From Hamiltosporidium tvaerminnensis FI-OER-3-3 (taxonomy: Eukaryota > Fungi > Microsporidia), in contig CM061256.1 of assembly GCA_022605425.2 (NCBI GenBank), forward strand, positions 612,573 to 676,572: a stretch of DNA of 64,000 nt, in the 5' to 3' direction. A program made the translations under genes and the position numbers. Positions 23,915-38,399 of the stretch are shown in pieces; position 1 is the first letter of the stretch, and each line of letters opens with the position of its first letter. Under the pieces are notes generated by a model, which saw nothing but the letters and a program-made list of their open reading frames with translations, was not told the DNA's origin and ran no database searches.

Positions 23915-26840
23915 ACGTTTTAAACTGCGAAATTATTTTTTAAAACAGATTTTAGTGTTGTAATTTTTTTAAATATATTAAATTACTATAAAAAGAAATT
24001 TCTAAATTTTTTTTTACAAATAAAAAATTACAAATTATAAGCTAAAACCGATATTAAATTAAATGGAAATAAAATTTATTGCATGAAAATATAAAAAAAT
24101 AAATCATTTGATTTAAAATGTATCTCTGAAATTTTTGTTAAATTCGTCAGAGATATTTACGTTTGCATTTTAAATACTTTTTTACGTCGTCTGACAAATT
24201 TTATTTCGGTTGGTTACCTTCTTTTTTCTTGGTTTGATAAAGAATGTCTGTGAGTAAAATATAAACTATATAAGCAGCCACCTTGGTTTATATTACAAGG
24301 TGTTGAATCTGTTTGAATTATCTTAAAATAAAATAGAAGAATTTCAATTAAATACATTTAAGGAATTATAAACGTCAGAATTTTTTTTTCTAATTTGACA
24401 TTTGAAATCAAATAATTTTTTTTACAAAAATTAAAAAGAAAAGTTTAAAAAACTAAACATTAGAAAATTATATTTTTAAAATGAAAATTTAGTTTGAAAA
24501 TAAAAATGAATTCAAACAGAAAAAAATAAATTAGCAAATTAATTTTGTTGTAAACTCACTTTATCTATTACTTATTATGAAAATAAACGTAAAATAAGCT
24601 ATACAGATCCAACCAGACGGTATAAAAATCTAGAAGCTTTAAAAATTTTTATGTTAAGCATTGGAAAAAAAAATAAACTGACCAAAAAACTCTTTGTAAA
24701 ATTGTTGCTGCTACAACTTATAATTAATAAAAATAAAAACCGTAAAAAATGGCGCAATTAAATCCGACAGAACAATATTTTTTTAAAAAAACTTGTATGA
24801 AAAAGAAAATGCAAGGCTATTCCATATTATTCAAAATATTCTATAGAAGTAAGAAAAAAAGAGAGCCAAGTTAATTTGGGAGAAAGAATTTTTTAAGGCA
24901 CATAGACAAATTTCAACGCCCTTATTTTGGATATAAAAATGGAATGACTGTTACATTTACATAAATTCGGATGACATATATGCGTTTAGTTGTGAAAGGA
25001 TTAATGTTATTAGGCGATTTATAGGTTTCCTAATTCTTGTACTTTTGAAACAATCTGAATCGCTTTGAGAATTGTAAAAAAAAAGACTCGAAAACATATT
25101 TAGAAAGAATTTACTGATCCACAATTTTAAACAAAACAAGAATCTTGGAATTAAATTTGTTTTTGATTTCAAATAAAATATACATTTCAAGTAAAAATTT
25201 AGATAAACTCTGACAAAAATGTCCCGGAATGCCTTTTGCCTCTCTTTTACAAAGAAGTACCCATGGAATGCAGTTTTCAATATTTCGAAATAATCTTCGA
25301 ATAATATTTTACAGAATAGTGCTTATTATCTAATATAAAAAGAATCATGAGTCGATCTTGACACAGACCAAGGTGTAAGTTGACCAAGCAAACTAAAGTC
25401 CTTACCTACTTTGGCAAAAGCATACTCTAACCACCTCTTAAAATATTGGATTCTATACTCAATGAAGTAATATATAACTATGATAACACATGATTCAATG
25501 TTATTCGCTGTTTCTGATGCGCGTTTAAGATTTAAAGATAAATAAAACAAATTAATTCATTTTAAAAATAGAGCAGAATTCTGAAAGTACTAAAATTTAA
25601 ATACTTCTGCAGATGAATTTTTATGGCAAACAAATATTTCAGATGATTATGATTTCTTTGTAAAATATTGATAATTAATAAATTTCTGTACGAGCCTTAA
25701 TTTAATAACAAAGTAATACATAAAAATTTTTGAAAAGTAGAGCCGAACATAATATATTCAATACAGATGTAGAAGTGCACAGAACCAATTATTTTTATAA
25801 AATTAATGAGATGCTGATTTTTATTATTAATAGATTGAGATTTATACGTAGAGATATTTTAATCCTGCTAAATAATTTTTATACAAAAATATTTAGAATA
25901 CTTAATTGAAAATAACTTTCTAGAATTGTGTTTAAAATATTGTTGAGCCCGTGGGGAACTATCTGGCGTGCGTGTCTAAACAATAATTCGTATTATAAAA
26001 ATATATTTCTAGTTTGACTAAACAAACCAATCATTCTTATAGACTTCTGTTATTCTTTTTTATACTTTATCGGCGAGTAATATCGGAGTCAAAAACTATA
26101 TTTTACACACAGCGAGAAAGAAATTAAAATCATGTAAATTTATAATTTTAAATTTCATTATAAAATCATATTTTTATGCCTTAACATTCTCTTTTTAGAT
26201 CCTCTTACAAATATATTTTAATTGCCATTTTTTTAGCACTTCATATTCATTATTTTAGCAGGTCCTTAGCAATTTCAAAATATAAATTTATTATTTTTTC
26301 TTCTCAGCATATTTTTCCTCTTCCATTCCCCTTGTTTTTAATTTTTCAGAACATCAGTCTGAATTTCTGTCTCATTCTGGTAAGTTAATCTTCTTTTTTT
26401 ATTTTATTTTGTCTTTTTTATGATAAAAGTTTTTTTTTTAAAGTTTTATTTACCAGAAAAAAAAGTTCTTCTACATACAAATGCAGTATTTAACAAAATA
26501 ACTGTATAATTCATTTGTTTTTCTCATTATTAATCTTACAATTTAAATAAAAAATTCCATTGAATTGTTAACGAATTTAATTTTTTATTTATATTCCTAT
26601 TAAGGATATAAATAATATAATAAATTAGTTAATAATAACATCATTTCTATTTTTCAATTGGTTATATATTGGTAAAAAAAAGTATTATAGATAATATTTA
26701 AAAGACTGATTCAAATCAAATATTATAATTTAAAATAAAACATAATTTATGAATAATTGCGGTATAATGTCCCAACAAATTACAAAGGCTTTTAAAAATG
26801 TATACTACGAATAATTTATGAATTAAATGTTTTAAAGTTC

Positions 26841-26900
26841 TTCTAATTCTAATTCTAATTCTAATTCTAATTCTAATTCCAATTCTAATTCTAATTCTAA
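26841..26900. repeat. Hexamer microsatellite (TTCTAA)n
   Basis: 10 copies with one variant. Explains the spurious RIRIRI ORF. Confidence 0.9.
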
Positions 26901-27554
26901 ACACTATTATAAGTTGTAATAAATTAATCAAAAAATGAAAAGAGTTATATTATTGTTCAAGAAAATAATTGGTGACTTAAAAATTTCTAACCAATTTAAC
27001 ACTTAGAGTACATAGTATGTAGTCATTACCATATTCGATTATAAAAAGATTTCAAAACTTATATCATTTAACTTTATTTTGAGATTTATTTCACTTTAGT
27101 AAGTTTGAGTAAGCTATGTATAAAAAACAGATTTAATTTCTAAAAATATTTTTTATTTTATTATTTTGATTTTATTATTTTTTATTTTATTATTTTTTAA
27201 AAAAATAAAAGAATTTACAATTTAATTATCAGAAAGAATAGAAATAAGATACATTTAATTACTGTAAATATATATGAATGTTAAATCTTATTACATTAAC
27301 ACAATTTTCAAATTCTTTTGTATTTTTTATGATATTCGCTTTTTTACGAATATAAAAGATAATTTCTAAATATCTTTAATTTTTATGAATTGTGATAATT
27401 TCTTTCCTTTTTTTGTTTAAATAGAAAACCTATATAATAAGTTATAAATACTTAAAGAATCTTAAAGAATACAATAAGAATACAATAAGAATACAGAAAT
27501 AATACTCAACGATTTGAATAAAAAAAATTAAAAAACACATTTTTTTAGTCGATT

Positions 27555-30167
27555 TTATTCCAAATTAATATTTTCCACATTTTTTCTGAAAGTAGATCTT
27601 ATTTCAATACGCTCCATTACTTTCATAAAACTTCTTTCATATCCTTTAAGATCCCTCTTACTAAAGAAATTTCCCAATTCTTTTAATTCACTTTCTTCAC
27701 TTAAAATACCAAATACTCTTTCTACAACATAAGAAACCATAGAAGTATTTCCTTCAAACATTTGAAGAATACCATCGAAATTTTCCATAACAAATTTAAT
27801 TACAGAATCTCTGTATTTTAAATTGGCGATACACGAAAAATAAACATAAATTTTATCTTGTAAATTCACCTTATTTTTCATACTTTCACTTAAAAAAGTT
27901 AGAAAATAATTTATATCGGATGAAGATCCCAAGGAAGATAAAGCCATCAATTTTTCATCAATAACAGTGCTGGTAGTGTAAATATCAAATATTTCTTCGT
28001 AAAAATCCTTTGGTTTCATTTTCATTAAAGAATTAAACATTGAAGTTCTAAACACTGGACTTACAAGTGATCTGTCTTTTTTAAATTTCGGAAAAATTTC
28101 TACAAATTTTTTTAAAATATTGGAATCCTCGTTACCCACAGAAGAAGATATTAAAAGAGCATTTAAACTGATTTCATTTAAAGAAGTCCCAGGTTTTGCC
28201 AAATCAATTTTAATAGCCCGCCTAGAAACCAATTCTAATATTTTATTTCTAAAAAATTCTTTTTTAATTTCATTTTTATAGAAAATTGATTTCAATTCAT
28301 TCAATCCTCCTAAAATAGAAGAAAGCACTTCATAATTCTCCTCATCTTTAAAATACCTTACAAATAATAAAAAATCATTAATTTGAAAATAATTTGCCAT
28401 TGTAAGACTAAAAAAATCATTAATAATGTTTAACCGATCCCTAGGTTCTAACATTTTTTCTTCTAACATTCCTTGTATTTTATAAAGCAGATCTCCTTTA
28501 TATAGAACTCTGTAAAAACCATAAGCACCATAATTTACTTTAAAATATTTTTTAAAATCACTTTCAACTAAAATTTCTTTTTTATTTTTCATTTCCACTA
28601 AAATATTTTCCTCATTTTGAAATCCAATTCTTACTGGAATGAACCAATGACTTTGATTTTTCTCTTTTATATTGACATTATTTAAATAAAATCTTTCTTG
28701 TTTCAAACTCAAATGATTTTCATCTACCATCTCTACAGAAATATAAGGAAATCCTTCTTTAGCTGTCCATTGATCCATCAATTTTTTTACTTCACTGACA
28801 CCTTCTACATTGTTAGAAAGAGATAGCCATAAGTCATCTGTAATTGCATTTCGATATTGAAATTTATTCAAATATTCTTTCAAACCGTTTCTAAAATTTT
28901 CCTGTCCCACATAATTTTCTAACATTCTTATAAGAGAAGCTCCTTTAGAATAAGAAATTCCATCAAATATTTGATTTATATCATTAGGATCGTAAACCGG
29001 AACCTCAACTGCGTGTGTAGATTGTAAAGAATCATAAGACATACCTGCTTCTACATCCTCGGAAATAAAAGAAGTCCAAACATCCCAATCAATCAACTCT
29101 CTACTCAAATTACTTACACCTAAAGCAGCAGCCCAGGTAGCAAATCCTTCATTTAACCACAAATCATTCCACCATTTCATAGTAACAAGATTTCCAAACC
29201 ATTGATGTGCCAATTCATGACAGACAGTTTCAGCGACTCTTTTCTTTGTTTGAATTGCACTGTTATTTTCATCATAAAGTAAAGAACTCATTCGATAAGT
29301 AATTAAACCCCAATTTTCCATCGCACCCATACTAAATTCAGGAACAGCCAACATATCCAATTTATCCATCGGATATTTTATAGAAAAATAAGATTCAAAG
29401 AAAGTCAAACACTCACTACAAACATTTAAAGAAAATCTACCGCTTTCTATATTATAACCCTTTGGTATATAAACTCTTATTTTCACGCCATTTTTACTTT
29501 CTGTTTCAATAAATTCTAAATTTCCAATAGCAAAGGCAACAAGATAAGTCGACATTTTAGGTGTTTGATTGAAAATTACGGTTTTAAAATTTTCATTTAT
29601 TTCTTCTGTTTTAACACTCATATTACTGATGCATGTTAATTCTTTAGAATGTGTAATTTTTATATTAAAAGTTGCTTTCATATCAGGTTGGTCAAAACAA
29701 GGAAAAGCTTGTCTTGCAGCTGTTGGTTCAAAGTGAGTGGAAAGTAAAATGGATTTTTTATCTTTAATGGTGTAATTACTAACGTAGAAACCATTCATAT
29801 TAGTTTTTAGAGTTCCTGTAAAACTTATTTCAAGTTTTATAATGCTTGGTTCAATGGTTTGTGGAAATTTAAGAATTGCTTTTTCTTCCTTCACATCGTA
29901 TTCTATCAATGCATCAATAAAATTATTATTTATAAAGACTTTTGCATAAACAATTTCTATGTCGCATGAATTTATAAAGAGTTGATTGGTTGGTTGAGTA
30001 ATCTGAACGTCTATTGATTCCCATCCAGTGTATGTAAGTGTGTCAGGTTCTGTTGTTATATGTAGGTCGTAATTGATAGGATATACAGTGTCTGGTAATA
30101 CTTTTCTTTCCATAAGGGCTCTTTCTTTTGTTAAAAATATAAAAATTAGAATCAAATAATTTTTCAT
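27555..30167 (-). CDS. M1-family zinc aminopeptidase (puromycin-sensitive/aminopeptidase N-like) with ERAP1-type C-terminal domain
   Basis: THFEPTAARQAFPCFDQP, GAMEN, HELAHQW...WLNEG (HEXXH-x18-E), YSKG. Possible N-terminal signal peptide. Confidence 0.95.
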   Translation of the reverse strand: MKNYLILIFIFLTKERALMERKVLPDTVYPINYDLHITTEPDTLTYTGWESIDVQITQPTNQLFINSCDIEIVYAKVFINNNFIDALIEYDVKEEKAILKFPQTIEPSIIKLEISFTGTLKTNMNGFYVSNYTIKDKKSILLSTHFEPTAARQAFPCFDQPDMKATFNIKITHSKELTCISNMSVKTEEINENFKTVIFNQTPKMSTYLVAFAIGNLEFIETESKNGVKIRVYIPKGYNIESGRFSLNVCSECLTFFESYFSIKYPMDKLDMLAVPEFSMGAMENWGLITYRMSSLLYDENNSAIQTKKRVAETVCHELAHQWFGNLVTMKWWNDLWLNEGFATWAAALGVSNLSRELIDWDVWTSFISEDVEAGMSYDSLQSTHAVEVPVYDPNDINQIFDGISYSKGASLIRMLENYVGQENFRNGLKEYLNKFQYRNAITDDLWLSLSNNVEGVSEVKKLMDQWTAKEGFPYISVEMVDENHLSLKQERFYLNNVNIKEKNQSHWFIPVRIGFQNEENILVEMKNKKEILVESDFKKYFKVNYGAYGFYRVLYKGDLLYKIQGMLEEKMLEPRDRLNIINDFFSLTMANYFQINDFLLFVRYFKDEENYEVLSSILGGLNELKSIFYKNEIKKEFFRNKILELVSRRAIKIDLAKPGTSLNEISLNALLISSSVGNEDSNILKKFVEIFPKFKKDRSLVSPVFRTSMFNSLMKMKPKDFYEEIFDIYTTSTVIDEKLMALSSLGSSSDINYFLTFLSESMKNKVNLQDKIYVYFSCIANLKYRDSVIKFVMENFDGILQMFEGNTSMVSYVVERVFGILSEESELKELGNFFSKRDLKGYERSFMKVMERIEIRSTFRKNVENINLE

Positions 30168-33100
30168 TTGTTTTTATTTTTTGTATTTTTTTAAAAGAAG
30201 AAACTGAAACAGAATTTCAGATTTATTTTGTTATTTCATCAAAAGTAAATAAACTGGTAAACTTAAGTAAGAATAAACTTAAGTTTGTTGTATTTGTAAA
30301 CCTAATAATTTTTTTTTAATTAAATATATCTAAGATTCTATTTTAGATATTTTTATAATTAAAAATAAATGAATTAAGTTTTATAGTTTTGATACTTATT
30401 AAAACATTGATATTATTCTTTAAAATAGCAAATCAGAGTACGGATTGACTTTTTATTGTATATTCTTATTAAATTATTTTATAATTCTCCAATCCATCTA
30501 GTCTGAATAGAAGCAGTTTCACAGAATAAAAGCAAGAAATTGACTTGATATATACTATCAGTTTTGATCCATAATAAAGCATATAAAAATAAATATTATA
30601 TGTATTAAAGAAAATATTGTCTAAAGTTAAAGGTGATGAAAGTAAGAATAATATATCCTATAAAGATAAATTATATTTAATTCGTCTTTTTCGATCTCCA
30701 CAAGCTCAAAAACTGTTCTAAGTTATTAAATATGATTTTGAATTCTATTTTATTAATTTATATTTTTTATTTAAAATATTACTATAGGTATATTTGTCTG
30801 AAATTATATCACTTTATAATCAAATCACCAGTCTTGTTTGAAATGCTTATTCTCAATTTTTTTTGAATTACTATGGTAGAATTATCGTTCCTTAAAACCA
30901 GCTTCTTTCATTTTAAATATGTATTCAAATTAAAATAAATTTATTTAAAACTTAATATATTTATACGAAACTAATAGAATAGATTATCATTTTTAATTAT
31001 CTATCAACTTCATATGTACAGATGAAGATCATATCATGAAATAATAGGAGTAAAAGAAAAGAAACTATTTAGCTTCATGATACTAGTTTATAAAAAATAT
31101 GTCTCTTAATTATTTTTATGACTCGAAATTATATTTAGTAATAGAAAAAATGAATATATAATTCCTTTCTTTAAGTCGAGGTATAGTCATATCGGATCCT
31201 TTTTACATCAAGTTTTCAAGTGTTCTATGAACTATTTAGAGTGTCCAAATGTTTAAATTTCTGATATTCTCAAAATTAAATATTCTTACTTAAAATATTA
31301 TAAAATCAAGATTTTTAGGCTAGCTTGTTACGTATTTAAATAGATTAAAAACAATAAAACATCATTCTTACTATTCATATATTTTATAGTATGTTTCTCA
31401 GTTATATATTTGTTAATTTTATTTTTCTTTTATTCTCACCATTTTTAGTTTTTATTTAATTGGAAGGAAGCTCTTTATCGGGAATATTAGATTTATATTT
31501 ATATTATCAGAATTTAGATCTTCTGGTTGAAACCTATACTAGAAAATATAAAATCAGAAGTATATCTCCATTTCAATTCAACATTTTTAAAGCTTCTAAA
31601 ATTCGAATTTAGCCGGATAAATCGCTTCTAATACACTGGCATAATATGTATCATATTTTGGATCAACATTCAAATTATCAAATGCAGAAAAAAAGAATTA
31701 GTATAAATCTTATTTCACTACAGTAAGTGTATAAAAGATATATAAGATATTTAATTTATTTAATAAAATTTTAGCATTTAATTTAATGCAAAAATCTTTG
31801 AACTCTGTCTTAAAACCTACATTTATCTCTTCGAATGTACATTTTTTTTGGGTTTAGATTCCCAGAAAATATTAGGTTTAAGTATTTCAAAACATTCAAA
31901 CCTTCTTATGCAGCCGTTCTTATGTAGATTTATAATCTACAGGGGATTTTTTTGTAAATGAGTAACCTTATTTTTTTTACAAAAATACTACATTCCATCG
32001 GTCATAGCTGCTAGTATTCTTCCAATTGTACAAGATGGTAGAAATAATCAATAAAAAGAGAGACTTATTGAATGATGGTTGTCTATGCGTGTATTATAAG
32101 GTCATTGTGTTTCCTAAGGTTTTAACTGAATATACCAATATAGAAATTTCTAAAACAAATATTTAATCTGTAATAATTACAATTATAGAAAAAATTATTT
32201 TTAAATATGCTTTACAATTAAAATTCTGTAAAAACATTGACTCTGAATTAAATAATTAGTTTTCAATAAAAATTATGTAAAAAATCCCTATTCAAGATTT
32301 ATAATCTTCAATCTTTAATTATGAATAATTTTATTCGTTTATTAGAAATATATTCCAATAGAAATAAAAAGTACAGAATTATGATTATTTGTTAAACATA
32401 GAGGGATTATCTTAATCAAACAAATGGTAAATGTAATTATGCTACAAACTGTAACATATGCTATCTTTTTAATCAAAATATAAATCTCTATGAATTCATC
32501 TATCATTTCGAAAAACATATTTGCATATTTCCCGAATTTAATAGAAATTTTTTAAGGAAAAAGAAGACGTTTTTGCCACTGTTTTGTTGAAGTTTCATTT
32601 CTAATAATATTTTTTGCTTGCTTTTCAAAGTAATGAACACATACCACTAAAGAAGTAATTGAGAAAAATGTGTTTTTTCTTCAAAGCCAAATATTTAAAT
32701 TTGTATTGCTTTAAATAATAATTCACTCTAAATAAAATAAGTAAAATCATAGTGATTAATAATGTAACAAATATTATTCAGAATAATGTTTAGTTTTAAA
32801 ATTTTCTTTACTGTATTCTTTATGTCCTTGTAATCTTGAGTTTTTACAATTAGAATATTTTATTGAACAGTTTATATATGTTTTTCTCCAACTTAATTAT
32901 AATTTTAAAATTTATTTGAAATATATTATTTGGCAAAATTGCTATTTGCTCATCCTAAAACCTTTCTTACGCGTTATTAAAGATTGTATTTGTCTTTTTT
33001 CTATATCGAAATAGAGGAAATTATCAAGAATGAACGGAATATAACACATTAAGCTTAAATTTTAAATGTATTAAAAAGACAAAAAAATGATTTTTTTTAG

Positions 33101-35399
33101 CGAAACAAAAATTTTAAAATATATCGCGGTTTTTTATGTACAATAACAAGATATCATCAGAGTTCATGATGCCAATATCTTTATAAACTCGAGCAATGAC
33201 ACGAAAAAACAAACCATTTTATATGTTTAATTGATTTGAAAATTAAAGTTACAATAATGGTTTAGTTATGAATGGGACTCTTATACTTTGTTTATAAATT
33301 TTACACAACCAAAATATTGTGCAGAGATAGACCATGAAACATTTTAAATGTTTGCTTGGTTCAAAAAATATACCACTATCTATGTTAAAGGATATTTCTA
33401 TATTTCAGGACATCTCAAAAAAATTATTACAAAATAATTTTTTACTTTTTAAAAGTTTCGATTTTAAAAGCAAGATTATTTGTTAGAATTTCTTTTTAAG
33501 CTTTTTTTTCGGATGTATTAATATATTTATACAATATTTATGTTTTTTCTCTCGACAATTTAATTATACATACGTAAAAAAGCTTAACTACAAATATTTT
33601 ATGAATATTCATATAGATTTTTATACGTTGCTAAATCAAAAGATTTGGAATAGAATAAGTAGAAAGTTATAAATCCAATTATTTGAAAAATAAACATATC
33701 GCTATTAGAACCGTTGTTTAAGACAAAGGAAAAACTCTATATAGATCAAAAACAATCAAAAAGATAGAGGTTTACAGTGAAAATAATAGGTAAACATAAA
33801 ATAAAAATATTAAAATAATCATCTAAAGCTTCTAAACAAATCCAACGAAAATATAAAAAAGTTGCTGCAAAATATGCAGATTAAAAAGAATCCTAAGTTT
33901 TTATCTACAATTGTTTAAAAAAGACTAAAAACTTAGACATAAAAAATCAAAAAAATACAAAATAGAAAAAACCAAAGAATGAATTAAACCTATTTGAAAT
34001 GAACTGGAAATTAATACTCAGATAGTCGAGCTTAAAAAGATAAATCTATATTTCAGATTGTTTTTTTCTAGAGGTAAAATCTAGTCCTTTTTACTGGCTT
34101 AATGACTACTATTGATGATATAGTTTTATAAATGAAGTGAATAAATTTTTATTTAAATTCATTAAAATAATAATTTATGTAGAAAGAGCTTTTCTACTCG
34201 AAAAATGTGAAAAACCATACCATACTATGAATATGATCATATAAGATAAGATAATATATTATGCATTAAGTCTAATATGTTTCGAACCGGTTGATTACAA
34301 CTATAGATGAAGTCTTTAATTAAGATTAGAAAGTAAATATAGACTCAACAGAAATACGTGTTAGAACTCAAAAATATGTTTACGGCTTAATGAAACCATT
34401 TTAATGTCTGAAATTATATTAATACAATAACTTGGTCATTTTTTGATTAAAAAATTAATATTCCTAAATTATACAACTTTCTAGACAGTAAAAATATTTA
34501 AAATGTTGTTTTTACTCGGATTCTAACCAATAAAAAGCCTCAATATAGATTAAGTCAGGTTTCAACAAAAGTTCGTTTGAGATGATATCCAGTTTTAAGT
34601 AAACCATATAAATTCAAATTTGAATCAACCAATATCTACACAATCAATTAAACTTTAATCGTCATAGAACGAATTATTGAGGATGAAAAAATGTAAACGA
34701 TAAAACACCAGAACTCTATTGTAAAGAAGATATTCATTGATAATGTCATGCCAAAGATTTATATTATAAGATTTTATTCTATTTAAAATTCTCTTTGTCA
34801 ATAAATTTAAATATATATCTGATATAATTTTAGGTATATATAAGGTATTAAAAGCAATAATAGCTTTTTAAATGCACTTATGAACTATTTAACGGTATAA
34901 ATTATGAAATAATCAATTTTTAGATTTAAAAAAGTATCGAAAAAAGGATTTAAAAATAATTTATATTTACATTCCTAAAAATTAAAAATATAAACTTATT
35001 CGTTAGCTAATATGTTAAATCTAGATACAATATAAAAAAATATATTCTAATTAAATAATAAAAATATCTCGTATTATTGAAAATGAACAAAACGTGTAAT
35101 TGTTCAATAAAATTTAATATTATTTATCTATGATTTACAGAACATATTAAACATTTAGTAATCGCTAGATTAAAAATAAGTTGGAGTACCAATATATCAT
35201 TCATAAATATGATTACTTAAGAAATAAGACATATATAAAAATTCATATCAAATTAAAACAGAATCAAAAATTTTACAATTTCTATCGAACTAAATTTTAT
35301 AAAACATAAATGCTGAAATATATAATGATAAAAATAATTATGAAAATCGACTAAGTTAAAATTTAAATCTTGAGTATAAAAGATCAAACATCTAATATA

Positions 35400-37160
35400 T
35401 TATAGGTAATCTACAGAGTTTTTTACTATAAAAATAAATGCAAATGCCCACTCTATTCTATTTGTAAATAAAACTAAATGTAATGATTAGACCAGGAAAA
35501 TTTGCCATGAAATTCTATTTCATTGTTTTATGTAGATATAGCAATAGGCAGCGATTAAAATCGGTGTAACAAGAACGACCGGTATCCAAAGTAACCTAAA
35601 AAACTGATTAATGTAGAAGTTGATTGATTTCGTCTTGATTTTAGAACAAGGGCTTGAGGTAAATAAATATAAGATCTTTTTCATTTTTTCTGGGGCGAGT
35701 TTTCAATTTCTACTTAAAATATATAAAAAAATCCAATCCTCATTAGGCGTAAATCCTTCATGAATTTATATTGTTTTTCTTGGAATGCTTTTCTGATTGT
35801 GATTCAAATTTTTCTTAGAGGAGGAATCGCAAAAATATATGCAACAGCCAAAATTTCCAATAAATTAGAAGATCTATGTAAAATATTACAATTTAATGTA
35901 TATCGGGCCAAGTTTTAAAATATTTTATAAGATTTTAATTAAGACATGTTTTTTGTTGCTTTTATAAAAGACATTCTATATGCATTTAAGATTTAAGCAG
36001 TTTTACATTTTCCATATTCTGTTTTTAAAAAATCTGCAAGAAATATTATTTCGAAGATGGATCTGAGTTTTTTTCCTTGCAATTATTTCTTTGCAGCCTT
36101 TTGCCTTTAAAAAGAATACCATGAATATATATATTCATGGTATTCTTTTTGTAAAATCTTCCTGGAAAAACTATAAAGAAATAATATATTTCTTCTCAAT
36201 ACTTTTTAGAACCAATGGATAAATTTCTTTTAAAACCTTTAAATTTTTGGAATGGTATTCGGTTGAACGGCATTTACAACAAATCTTTATATTTTAGAAA
36301 ACTTGTTTTGATCATTCGATATTTTTTCTAAAAATGGATTTGAAATATCCACACGATTTTTTTATAAGAAAAAAAATAGTATTTTTAAAAAAACGATTCT
36401 ATAAATAACGAGGTCGGCATCGTAGAAGATAAATTTTTCATAGGTGTTGCAAAAGATTTTTCAATTTTATTTTCATTGGTATATTCTATATGTTTATTAT
36501 GGGTCAAAAAATGCATTGTATGAATAAGAAAAAATCAAAATAATTTTCTAGCATTGCATCGGCAAAATGAAACCCAAAGTATGCACAATCTATTTAAAGT
36601 TGTTTAATATGTAATCTTATATTCTTTATACAAATCCATCTTTTTGGTTATCTGTATGTAGGAAATTTTTTAAAGTCTTACAAATTTGCAGATAATATTT
36701 TTTTAGTATATCGAAATATTTTTTGGCCCACTCGGAGCATTTAAACCAAAATTCTCTACTATATAAGTTATAATATATTCGCAAATTTTTCTAATTTTCA
36801 AATTAATATTTTATCTTTTTGCTTATTTCAACAAATTTACCAAAAGAAATCAAATTAACAAAACTAATCGCCTAGTTTTTCGTAAAATTAACTGTATTAT
36901 CATGATAAACAAAGAAAACAAATACAAGTCTATGATGTGAATGAATGAAAATTCGTGTTTAAAAATTTTTGAATATTCTAAAATAAATCTTATAGTTAGA
37001 ATATTTTCTTCTTTTCTTTGGCCTTGAATAACAAGATTAAATTGAAAATACATTCTTTTACTTCATTTCTATTCCCTATTTCAAAGAATTTCCATATACA
37101 TGCTTTTTTTTGATAGTGAATTTTCTGTAATACCAGTACATTCAAATTTTGATGAGACAT
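35400..37160 (-). pseudogene. Probable decayed gene of a lineage-specific family
   Basis: Coding-like minus-strand composition with short ORF pieces (e.g. 36850-37053) broken by stops. No identifiable domain. Confidence 0.3.
36109..36150. repeat. Perfect 42-bp palindrome
   Basis: AAAAAGAATACCATGAATATA|TATATTCATGGTATTCTTTTT. Confidence 0.95.
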
Positions 37161-38399
37161 TATTTAAAAATTAAAGTAGGAAAAATTATGGAATAGGACT
37201 ATTTGAACTTTTATAGGCAATCGTTCATAAAAAAATCATCATTTTTTTAAGAACATTTTTGTTTCTTTTCTTTGGTTCATCACTATAAGAGTTTAATTAA
37301 ATGAAGTCATTCAATATATTAACGGTATTATTTCTTTTTAATATATTTGTTCAATAAACCAGATCAAACAATAAATATATTTTTTTATTTTTGCTTGGAC
37401 AGTATCAAACCAGGAAAATAACTTTTACACCATAAATTTTACAAAGACTATTTCCCTAAAAAAACATATTTAATAAACTAAAACTTTTATAAGAAAAAAT
37501 CAATGATTAAATTCATATATTATTTATGATTTAAGAATAACATGTTATTTAATCAATAACACGATTATGAACTTAAAGTTGCATTTGGTATATATATTAA
37601 AATACAAATCTATCCAATTTTTTTGTATTATATCTCCATAAGTTTTTTGTAATTTCATTTTGATACTGAAATAAATTAAAAAGAAAATTAAATTTTAAAA
37701 ACATGATTTTTTTAAAATGGTAAATTAAATTCTTCTATTAGAACATTTAATATTACTTATATTTTGTAAACATAATTTTTTATTATAAAATTTGTTAATA
37801 TATGAATTATTAAGATAATTAATTGTGTTTCTTTACTTGTATTTCTATTTAGAAAGGTATTCTCTTTTTTACCTTGATATATATGCCATATAAAGGCAAG
37901 GATGTATTTTAAGTAAATAGCTTTATTTTCGACTTGTGCAAATAAAAAGAAATCAATATTTCATACAAAAACGAACGATCAAAAAATCATCATCAATAAA
38001 TAATTCCTTGTCATTGCATTTTTGCGCTCTTTCTGGGTACATTTGGCTTAGTGCTTCAGAAATCTAGGTCGACTACTTTAGTGGTTATAAATTCAATCTA
38101 TCGCGAGAAACCTAAACGTCTTGATTTGAAAATACTGTAAATTCTAATAAAAAATGAGTTTCAGCTTAAATGCAGAACAAAGATTACGATTATGTCTCAA
38201 TGATAATTGTATGGTTCCTTTTGAATAAGAAATTAGTCAATCCTGTTTTTGTCGCAGGATCTATAACAGTATAATCAAAAAATTCCAACATATAATAGGC
38301 CGTGTTGAAGATATTTATACTTTTTTAATTAAAATATACACATCTTTAAAAATATGTTTATATATGTTCACTTCCAAATCTACAATAGAAATTAACAAG

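Noticed and set aside
24560-24960. Possible Ty3/gypsy RT-RNase H relic
   Set aside because: Only vague similarity. No intact diagnostic motif or LTR could be identified by eye.
26841-26900. (TTAGAA)n as a degenerate interstitial telomere
   Set aside because: Homogeneous simple microsatellite with no TTAGGG intermediates.
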